A stretch of DNA of 64,000 bases from Clostridia bacterium (GTDB lineage: Bacteria > Bacillota > Clostridia > Christensenellales > DTU072). The first letter of the stretch is position 1. Every line of letters starts with the position of its first letter. Both the position numbers and the translations under genes were made by a program. The stretch covers positions 3,808 through 67,807 of the forward strand of contig JAFTZC010000013.1 in the NCBI GenBank assembly GCA_017461065.1, read 5' to 3'. The notes beneath the pieces were generated by a model that ran no database searches, was not told where the DNA came from, and saw only the letters and a list, made by a program, of their open reading frames with translations. Of the stretch, positions 19,024-26,134 are shown in pieces.

Positions 19024-19206
19024 CCTAAAATGCGTTAGTTTGGATGAAAGTCGACGGAAATAAAAGCTGTTCTCACTTAAAAACGAGCAAGTTTAGATGA
19101 AGAGCGACGCAAAAGATAAAAACCCATTGGGTTGCTGTAGTAGACCTACTGCGCCCGATGGGTTTTTGTGTTTTGCTATGCTATTCGCTAAAATCGCTCG
19201 TTTTTA
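19024..19206. repeat. inverted-repeat-bounded terminator element, copy A (with a duplicated left arm)
   Basis: The left arms are at 19024-50 and 19076-104. The core is GTTGCTGTAGTAGACCTACTGCGC inside the hairpin AAAAACCCATTGGG...CCCGATGGGTTTTT. The right arm CTATTCGCTAAAATCGCTCGTTTTTA ends in the stop codon of the GH2 gene. Confidence 0.7.
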
Positions 19207-21345
19207 CTTTTTGATGGTTTGTAGGAAATTGTTCACTATCCCTTGCATCTCCGGTGAAATACGGGCTACCTTGAGTAGCGTCTTGACTTTGAAGGGTGAA
19301 GCTATCTTTGCTACCCACATTGGTATCTTGGATCCGAGCATTGCTTGGACGTCTTCGCTCTTGAGTACCAAACCAACCTTGTCGTTGATGGATAGGCAGT
19401 CTTCGGAAGTGGTTGCGTCGTCGGCTGCAAACCAATTGCGTACGAGATTGCCTGCTTGATTGCACTTGTAGCTGCTTGGCTCCTCGCTAACGCCGGCTAC
19501 GGTGATGGTATGGGTGCAGTCGCCTGCTACTGCGGTGATTACGTTTTCGCCTTCTGCGATATCAACTTCGTAGGTGGTGAGCTTGCCCTCTTTTGCGCCG
19601 TAGCTTACGCCGTTTACGCTTAGTTCTACTTGCTCGCAGTTGCTAAATACGTCTACTCTGCTCTTACCGATAGCGCGCAAAGCGTATCTTTCTCCACCGA
19701 TATGGACGAACTTCTCGTCACTCCAATATGCCTTGTATGCGTAGAAGGAGTCTTTCCTAACCTTTCTGTCAAAGGTAACCAAGCCCTTGTTGTTTTTACC
19801 TTGAACGCCACCTTCGTTACGGATAGCAGAGCCAAAGTCAAACATATTCCAAACGTAGCCGCCCCACATCCAATCACGTGACATAATGGCGTTTGCGTAG
19901 TGGGCGTGTAGTATTGCTTGGTATTGCTCGCCGTAGTCGCCTTGAGCGGGGTTGGACGAGTAATATCTTAGCACGGCTTCTGCGCCGTACTCGGATAAGC
20001 AAAGCTTAAGGGTGGGATTTTCGGCGTGGAAGTCGTCGAGCCACTTGTCGATATCGGTATATTTTTGAACGTACCAGCCGTAGTAAATATTGAAGCCCAA
20101 AATGTCGGTAACGTAGTTGAGTGGGTCGGTCCTACTTGCCATCATAACTTGAGCGCAAGTGGTGGGACGGGTAGCGTCCATTGATTTTGCAAGGTCGTTT
20201 AGAGCCTTGACGCCACGGACGCACTTCTTGGAAGCGCCACCACCGCCACCGATGGTGATTTCGTTTTGAACGCCCCAGCAGAAGATGGACGGATGGTTGT
20301 AGTTTTGGCTGATGAGCTCAACGAGTTGTGACTTGGCGTTTTCGAGCTTCTTTTCCGCCCAACGAGAAATTACGGGGATTTCAGCCCAAACCAAGATGCC
20401 GTATTCGTCGGCAAGGTCGTAGATGATTTGGTTTTGTTGGTAGTGAGCAAGACGGATAGAGTTGGAGCCAACTTCCTTGATTAACTCGATATCTTCCTTG
20501 ATATGCTCGTAGCCAAGAGCGTTGCCAAGGTTTTCTCTATCTTGGTGACGTGATACGCCTTTGAGCTTGACGGGCTTGCCGTTAAGGATACAACCACGCT
20601 CGCTATCAAAGATAATTTCCCTTACGCCAAAGCGCGTTGCACTTTCGTCCACGAGAGCGCCGTCAAGGGTTAAAGCGGCTTTTACGGTATATAGATATGG
20701 GTTTTCCGTATCCCAAAGGTTGGGGTTATCCAATACGACGGTTACTTCTTCATAGGGCTTTGCACTTACTTCTACGACGACGGCACCATCTTTATCCAAG
20801 ATAGCATAATTTACGATTTCGCCCTCTCCGTAGGTTACGCTCGAAAGGGTGATTTCGGCCTTTTGGCCCTTCAAAACGGGGGTAACTTTAACGCCGCTAC
20901 CACCGTAGTTTACAACGTCGAAGTAGCCCTTATCAATACCGGTGAAAAGGGTTACGTTACGATACAAACCACCATAGAAAGTAAAGTCTGCAGTCGATGG
21001 ATATACGTCTTCAAAGTCGGAGTTATCAACTTCGATTTTAACGTCGCACTTGCCGTCCACTACTTGAGATGTAATGTCTACGGAATATGCAGAATATCCG
21101 CCCCTATGGGTTGCAAGGAGCTTGCCGCCTGCGTATACGCTGGATACGGAGTTTGCCCCTTCGATTCTAATAATGGTGGTTCCGCTTAGCCCCTCCAAGG
21201 TCTTTTCGTAGGAGCATAGTCCACGGTAATAGTTTGGTTGGTTTTGTCCGTCAACGGCATTCCAGCAATGTGGTACACTGACTACTTCTTGCTTGCCTTC
21301 TTTGGTAAAAAGCCAATTATCATTGATGAGTGTAACGGTCTTCAT
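19204..21345 (-). CDS. glycoside hydrolase family 2 (beta-galactosidase/glucuronidase-like)
   Basis: GH2 sugar-binding, Ig-like and TIM-barrel order is present with NHPSIFCWGVQNE and SEYGAE. I placed the start at MKTVTLINDNWLF (ATG 21345) with GGAGG upstream. Confidence 0.85.
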   Translation of the reverse strand: MKTVTLINDNWLFTKEGKQEVVSVPHCWNAVDGQNQPNYYRGLCSYEKTLEGLSGTTIIRIEGANSVSSVYAGGKLLATHRGGYSAYSVDITSQVVDGKCDVKIEVDNSDFEDVYPSTADFTFYGGLYRNVTLFTGIDKGYFDVVNYGGSGVKVTPVLKGQKAEITLSSVTYGEGEIVNYAILDKDGAVVVEVSAKPYEEVTVVLDNPNLWDTENPYLYTVKAALTLDGALVDESATRFGVREIIFDSERGCILNGKPVKLKGVSRHQDRENLGNALGYEHIKEDIELIKEVGSNSIRLAHYQQNQIIYDLADEYGILVWAEIPVISRWAEKKLENAKSQLVELISQNYNHPSIFCWGVQNEITIGGGGGASKKCVRGVKALNDLAKSMDATRPTTCAQVMMASRTDPLNYVTDILGFNIYYGWYVQKYTDIDKWLDDFHAENPTLKLCLSEYGAEAVLRYYSSNPAQGDYGEQYQAILHAHYANAIMSRDWMWGGYVWNMFDFGSAIRNEGGVQGKNNKGLVTFDRKVRKDSFYAYKAYWSDEKFVHIGGERYALRAIGKSRVDVFSNCEQVELSVNGVSYGAKEGKLTTYEVDIAEGENVITAVAGDCTHTITVAGVSEEPSSYKCNQAGNLVRNWFAADDATTSEDCLSINDKVGLVLKSEDVQAMLGSKIPMWVAKIASPFKVKTLLKVARISPEMQGIVNNFLQTIKK

Positions 21346-21472
21346 AATGCCTCCAATTAGTTTTTTACAATCTTCCCCTATTTTATCTGAAAATGCAAAA
21401 ATGCGCCGTGCTCTACACACACAAAGGGAGTACCCCTACGGGATACTCTCTTAGACGCGAGCAAAAGGTAAA

Positions 21473-21901
21473 TTATTTCTTTTTGGTGAGCTCAACGTAA
21501 TCTTTTTCGCTCATTACGTCTGCAGTGGGTGCCCACTTAGCAACGGATGCAATACCTGCCTTAGCACTTTCCTTGCTGGCGTAACCGGACTCGCTGATGC
21601 AAACGAGATTGCCGTTGTTAGCGTAAATGCGGAAACGGAACTTGCCTTGCTTATCTTGATAAACTTCTGCCTTGGGGAACTTTAGGGGTTCCATAGGTTT
21701 TTTGAGAGTAAGGTCTTCGATTTTTTCCACGACGATGGGTGCAAACTTTTGAACTGATGCAATACCCCTCTTGCAACTGCTTAGGTCAGCGTATGCGCCT
21801 TCACAAACGCCAATCGTTTCTCTGTTTGGAGCTTTCAAGTGGAAATTGAAGTGTCCGTTTTTGGTTTCGCCATAATAAAAGATACCTTTTAGTTCAGCCA
21901 T
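21473..21901 (-). CDS. YegP/DUF1508 tandem-domain protein
   Basis: Two repeats are present: NGHFNFHLKAPNRETIG.....SCKRGIASVQKFA and QGKFRFRIYANNGNLVC.....SAKAGIASVAKWA. Confidence 0.8.
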   Translation of the reverse strand: MAELKGIFYYGETKNGHFNFHLKAPNRETIGVCEGAYADLSSCKRGIASVQKFAPIVVEKIEDLTLKKPMEPLKFPKAEVYQDKQGKFRFRIYANNGNLVCISESGYASKESAKAGIASVAKWAPTADVMSEKDYVELTKKK

Positions 21902-21903
21902 TA

Positions 21904-23124
21904 CTATTCTCCTTTGTTCAATATATTATCGTAAAGTGTATTATATTTGTATGAATTCAAAGTGCTTTCAGCACTCCACTTATTGAGTATATCTTCATAG
22001 CTGTCGGTTTCAACGTCCACCCTTTCGCCGCCGCCGCAGTAGATACCCCACGAAGAAGCACCACCGCCGGTGTAGACCTTATAGGTCCATATAGCGTAGT
22101 TGACGTTGTTATTTTGATAGGCACTGAGTGCGTAATTCCAGCTTTCAACGTTAGAAAATAGCGTGAACTCACCGACGAACAAAGGTACTTCATAATAGTC
22201 GCGTTGATTAACGTAATCGGCTATTTTTTTGTCGGTGAAGTCCTTTTGGTAATCGAAGTTATTGATATCGTCCCAGCCGTAGTTGTGGTAGGAGTAGCAT
22301 ACGTTTTGCCACTTGTACATATTGGGTGCGGGTAAAGAATTGGTTTCCCAAACGGCTTCCATAATAAGGACGTGATTGACGTCGATTTTACGAATAGCGT
22401 CGTAGAGCTTGTCATAGAAATTCCATTGTCTATAATCGGTGTAGCCGTGTGCGCCTTCGGGCTCGTTTAGTAGGTCGTAGCCTGCGATTATATCCCTATC
22501 CTTATAGCGCGCAGCAACCGCTTCCCAAAGAGCGATGGTCTTAGCTTCGTTGGTGGCGTTGCCAAATAGGTCGGTACCCGACGTGTCACCGGAGTGGTCC
22601 TTGCCGTTTTGCGAGCCATAGGCTCCGTGTAGGTCCAAGATAACGTATATATCACGCTCGTCGCAGTTGTCAATGAACCAATCAAGCTTACTAAAATTAG
22701 TTAGGTTGCCACTCTCGTCTTCAATGTTGAAGTAGGCAAAGGGTAGCCTTATCATATTGAAGCCAAGCTCCTTGACGTTGTCAAAGTCGCGCTCCGTCCA
22801 CCAAGCGTCTTGGTATGCCTTGACGAGTGTCATAGCGTCGTCGTAACCAAAACGTGAAATAAGGGTATTGTAGGTAGTGAGAGTATCCTTGGAGCTGACG
22901 GGGCACATCCATTCTTCTTGGACGAATAGCCCACCTGCGTTTATACCTTTGAGATAAACCTTGTTGCCAAGCTCGTCGACGAAGTCGCTGCCTTCGGCTC
23001 TAAGCAAACGATAGTCGGGTTTTGGCTTTTCTGTGGGAGAAACGGCACCTGCAAAAAGGGCAACGGCGATAGCCATTACCAATGCAAGTGAAATCACGAC
23101 GATTAAATTACGAAGTCTTTTCAT
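21904..23124 (-). CDS. secreted glycoside hydrolase family 5
   Basis: It has a signal/TM helix, NMIRLPF, DLHGAYGSQNG, a catalytic LLNEPEG and GEF. I placed the start at ATG 23124 (MKRLRN) rather than the TTG at 23136. Confidence 0.8.
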   Translation of the reverse strand: MKRLRNLIVVISLALVMAIAVALFAGAVSPTEKPKPDYRLLRAEGSDFVDELGNKVYLKGINAGGLFVQEEWMCPVSSKDTLTTYNTLISRFGYDDAMTLVKAYQDAWWTERDFDNVKELGFNMIRLPFAYFNIEDESGNLTNFSKLDWFIDNCDERDIYVILDLHGAYGSQNGKDHSGDTSGTDLFGNATNEAKTIALWEAVAARYKDRDIIAGYDLLNEPEGAHGYTDYRQWNFYDKLYDAIRKIDVNHVLIMEAVWETNSLPAPNMYKWQNVCYSYHNYGWDDINNFDYQKDFTDKKIADYVNQRDYYEVPLFVGEFTLFSNVESWNYALSAYQNNNVNYAIWTYKVYTGGGASSWGIYCGGGERVDVETDSYEDILNKWSAESTLNSYKYNTLYDNILNKGE

Positions 23125-23274
23125 TCCCCACCCCAAAAGGTTGCGTTCTAAATATTATTTTATCACACGCGCGCACAAATGTAAATAGTGATTTTTTGAT
23201 TTAAAGCCTAATTTTACGCCTACGCGAGCAGCGCGCACACGCTATGCAAAGGTAATGTGCGGCAATTTTGGATA

Positions 23275-23303
23275 TTGACTATTGACTGCCCTTACTTTAT
23301 AAT
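23275..23303 (+). promoter_or_regulatory. consensus sigma-70-type promoter for the Na/Pi cotransporter gene
   Basis: TTGACT (23275-80), a 17-nt spacer and TATAAT (23298-303) lie about 60 nt upstream of the ATG. Confidence 0.6.
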
Positions 23304-23364
23304 GATATTGGTGGAGGTTGAGGCTTTGCCTTGACTTTGCCAACACGATAAGGATGGATTTATT

Positions 23365-25035
23365 ATGACTGGTCTTGATATCTTCTATGCAATACTCGCT
23401 GCCCTATCCGGTCTTGGCGTATTTATTTTCGGTATGAAAATACTTGGCGACAATCTCGAAGCCGTTGCAGGCAATCGCATCAAGCAAATGTTCGGATTTA
23501 TCGATAAATCTCGCTTCGTGGGCGTAGGTATCGGTGCCGGCGTTACGGCCGTTATCCAAAGTTCGTCGGCAGTTACCGTTATGCTCATAGGCTTCGTTAA
23601 CGCAGGACTTATGACGCTACCCCAAGCAACGAGCGTAGTATTCGGCGCAAATATCGGCACCACTATCACCGCCCAAATCGTAGCACTCGGCTTCGGTGGT
23701 ATAAAAGACGTCCAAATCACCGTTATTTTTGCAGCTTGCGCGGGTATCGGCGCATTTATGCTACTCTTTGCCAAAAAGGATATTCTCAAGAAAATCGGCT
23801 CGATAGTATGTGGCTTGGGTATGATTTTCGTAGGACTCCAAGTTATGGGCGACAGTATGGAAAGCTTCAAAGAAGCTCCCGTAATCGTAAACGCTCTCCA
23901 AAGTGTAAGCAACCCCCTACTTCTCGTCGTTCTCGGTGCAGTTATCACGGGCATCATCCAAAGCTCAAGCGCGATGACGGGTTTGGTTATTACGATGAGT
24001 GCTGCAGGTATTATCACCTTCCCCCAAGCAATGTACGTAGTTATCGGCTCAAATATCGGCACCTGCGTAACGGGACTCCTTTGCTGCATAGGTACCACCA
24101 CCAACGCTAAGCGCGTAGCCGTCGTACATCTTCTATTCAACGTTATCGGCAGCACACTATTTATGATTACCGATATATTTGCAAAGTACGCCAACCTACT
24201 AATGAGCTGGTTTGATACCGCGCAAATGCAAATTGCAATGCTACACACTATGTTCAACGTAGCAACCACGATAGTTCTTCTCCCCTTCATCAAACCACTC
24301 GTAAAGCTCGTAACGCTCATAGTGCCCGAACGCAAAGGCGAAGCCGAGCGCGACGACGTACCACGCCTATACTTCCTAAACGAGCAAATCCTAAGCTCGC
24401 CACCCCTTGCCGTACAAAGCATCAAGAGAGAAATTCTCAATATGTGCACCCTTGCTAAATCCAACTTTGACCTTGCTCTCGACGCTATCACCAAGGTCGA
24501 CGTATCCAAAAAGGACGAGCAAAAAATCACCGAAGCAAAACTCAATTATCTACATAAAGAGATAACCAAATATCTTGTTAAGGTAAATCAATTAGATATT
24601 AATGCACTTGACGCCGAGTTGCTTGGAACGGCCCACCACACCGTTAGCGACCTTGAGCGTATCGGTGACTACTCCGAAAATATTTTCGAGTACGCAGAGC
24701 GCCTAAAGGAAGACAGACTCAGCTTCTCCGAAGACAGCTTAGAAGAAGTTGCACGTCTAAGAGATGCACTCAACACCCTATTTGAGATGACCTACAAGAT
24801 TTACGACGAAGAACTACCCGAGCTTATACCCACCCTATACACCTACGAGCAAATCACCGACGATATGAAGGTGCTAATGAGCGAAAAGCACGTCGAAAGA
24901 CTTAACCAAGGCGTCTGCAACCCCGAAACAGGCGCGTTGTATCTAAGCCTTGCAAACGACTGCGAGCGTATCGCCGACCACCTTACCAGCATCGCAAACG
25001 CAACCAAGAGCTTTGCTAAGCCGAAGAAGAAGTAA
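23365..25035 (+). CDS. Na+/phosphate cotransporter family protein with C-terminal PhoU-like repeats
   Basis: There are duplicated Na/Pi cotransporter motifs (AVIQSSSAVTVMLIGF and GIIQSSSAMTGLVI). The C-terminal helical region has two ...DLERIGDYSENI / ...DCERIADHLTSI PhoU-type motifs. Confidence 0.85.
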   Translation: MTGLDIFYAILAALSGLGVFIFGMKILGDNLEAVAGNRIKQMFGFIDKSRFVGVGIGAGVTAVIQSSSAVTVMLIGFVNAGLMTLPQATSVVFGANIGTTITAQIVALGFGGIKDVQITVIFAACAGIGAFMLLFAKKDILKKIGSIVCGLGMIFVGLQVMGDSMESFKEAPVIVNALQSVSNPLLLVVLGAVITGIIQSSSAMTGLVITMSAAGIITFPQAMYVVIGSNIGTCVTGLLCCIGTTTNAKRVAVVHLLFNVIGSTLFMITDIFAKYANLLMSWFDTAQMQIAMLHTMFNVATTIVLLPFIKPLVKLVTLIVPERKGEAERDDVPRLYFLNEQILSSPPLAVQSIKREILNMCTLAKSNFDLALDAITKVDVSKKDEQKITEAKLNYLHKEITKYLVKVNQLDINALDAELLGTAHHTVSDLERIGDYSENIFEYAERLKEDRLSFSEDSLEEVARLRDALNTLFEMTYKIYDEELPELIPTLYTYEQITDDMKVLMSEKHVERLNQGVCNPETGALYLSLANDCERIADHLTSIANATKSFAKPKKK

Positions 25036-25107
25036 GTTTGCAAAGATTGCAATTAACGACCGTAGGTCAATTCATTTTAATCTCTAATACAAAAAGCATA
25101 CTCCGCA

Positions 25108-25370
25108 TAGCGTGATGTCCTTAACGGACAAATCACGCTAACTAAGTTTGCCCTTTGGGCAAGTGAAGTTATCTTCGATAGTGAAGTTCACTTCGTGAGT
25201 GAAGTTTCGCCTGACGGCGAAGTGTTGGGCAAACTTAACTTCACTTGTGCGTAGCACAAACTTCACTGCGTAGCAACTTCACTTTTGCGATAGCAAAAAC
25301 TTCACTAACAGAAAAAGAGAGGACATTACGGATTAAACCGTTTTGTTCTCTCTTTCTGCTTGTAATATGG
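25108..25370. repeat. word-hairpin array 1: AGTGAAGTT x3, then its complement AACTTCACT x4
   Basis: Forward words start at 25162, 25180 and 25198. Reverse words start at 25237, 25259, 25275 and 25298. Each pair is separated by a different small hairpin (ATC-TTC-GAT, CAC-TTC-GTG, TCGCC-TGAC-GGCGA, TGTGC-GTA-GCACA, GC-GTA-GC, TTTGC-GATA-GCAAA). Longer hairpins flank the array at 25108-40 and ~25309-70. Confidence 0.8.
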
Positions 25371-25874
25371 GTTTGGGCTTAGCCCGTAATGCATTTGACT
25401 AGTCAAATGCGATGCTTGCACTTTTGTCAAGTTGCAAATTCTCTGCTAAGAATCTCACCCTATAGTAGTGTGCTTTTTTATTGCTCTATTCCTTTCTATG
25501 AGTATGATAACACGGGGTATCGCCAAAAGCAATAGATAATTCAAAACTATTTTTGGGGTGTAACCGAATTGTTACAAGTTGCGTTACAGCGACAAAAAGC
25601 AAGGTCTGTCTGTGGATAACTCATTCGTTTTGTCAACAGCGATTGTAGATAACCCGTGATTTTTTTAGTTCAAAATCAAGCCCAAAATTGACCCCAAAAA
25701 TATGCTCAAAACTCCCTTCAAATTTGACTCCAAAAATCGGCTCAACTCTTACTTATGATTTATCTCCCTAAAAGAAGAAATAAGAAACAAGAACATAAGA
25801 TTCAAAGAAATAAAAAATAAATAACGCGCGCTATGCGACCCTGTTGATATGTGGAAAAGTGGGTTGCTTACGCA

Positions 25875-26003
25875 AATGATGAATGCTGAATGAGGAATGA
25901 GGAGTGGCTTTGCTACGTTTCTCTTCGCAAACAAGGAATCCTTGTGAATGGAACGAAGTGGAATGAAGCCCACTCCTAATTCTTCACTCCTAATTCTTCA
26001 TTC
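25875..26003. repeat. degenerate CATTCCT-type heptamer tracts arranged as an imperfect inverted pair
   Basis: AATGATGAATGCTGAATGAGGAATGAGGAGTG (25875-906) faces CACTCCTAATTCTTCACTCCTAATTCTTCATTC (25971-6003). Related tracts occur at 18991-19023, 33317-48, 45209-40 (inverted), 48999-49031 and 62340-74. Confidence 0.75.
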
Positions 26004-26004
26004 T

Positions 26005-26134
26005 CTAAAAACGCGATTATTTAGATGAAAGACGAAGGAAAAGAAAAAACCCATTAGGTTGCTGTACTTGGCGTACTGCGCCCCGACGGGTTTTCTTATT
26101 TTTCAAGGTATTTCGCTAAAGAATCGCGTTTTTA
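26005..26134. repeat. inverted-repeat-bounded terminator element, copy B
   Basis: The left arm is CTAAAAACGCGATTATTTAGATGAAAG. The core GTTGCTGTACTTGGCGTACTGCGC is at 26059-82. The right arm GTATTTCGCTAAAGAATCGCGTTTTTA (26108-34) ends in a TTA that is the complement of the MMPL gene stop. Confidence 0.75.

Noticed and set aside
23164-23176. CGCGCG-containing motifs (CACACGCGCGCAC, ATTACGCGCGTAAT, ACGCGCGAT, AACGCGTACGCGTT) in or next to many promoter regions (4203-11, 18479-92, 23164-76, 25823-32, 29449-60, 36086-98, 38651-64, 47284-96, 51986-93), often within the -35/-10 spacer.
   Set aside because: The pattern is suggestive of a shared operator. However, similar CGCGCG strings also occur inside coding regions (e.g. 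~17567, ~18653, ~39495), and their position relative to the -35/-10 is inconsistent. Without a count-based enrichment test I cannot support it as a feature.
23385-24545. A 386-aa ORF on the minus strand, the longest 'extra' ORF in the track.
   Set aside because: It lies entirely antisense to the well-supported Na/Pi cotransporter gene. It has an Arg/Ser/Thr-rich low-complexity composition typical of shadow frames, no RBS and no recognisable motif.
25162-25306. Whether the word-hairpin arrays could be CRISPR arrays.
   Set aside because: The repeat unit is only 9 nt and the 'spacers' are 7-19 nt and self-complementary. No cas genes or leader are present. Some arrays switch to the complementary word midway. 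This is not CRISPR architecture.
25611-25858. DnaA-box-like 9-mers: TGTGGATAA (25611-19, perfect), TGTAGATAA (25644-52) and TGTGGAAAA (25850-58), all in the same orientation next to an AT-rich stretch. I considered a possible origin.
   Set aside because: One perfect 9-mer and several one-mismatch copies are about what chance predicts in 64 kb on two strands. No dnaA/dnaN, rep or par genes are nearby. I therefore do not call an origin. A formal box-density scan of the whole genome would settle it.
25749-25973. Small ORFs inside repeat regions (25749-25973, 26059-26289, 19097-19459, 58926-59114, 36445-36702).
   Set aside because: They are translated from heptamer and inverted-repeat DNA (e.g. 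...CEMRSAKCEVRNAKS...) or overlap terminators. They have no RBS. Their 'protein' sequence simply mirrors the nucleotide repeat.
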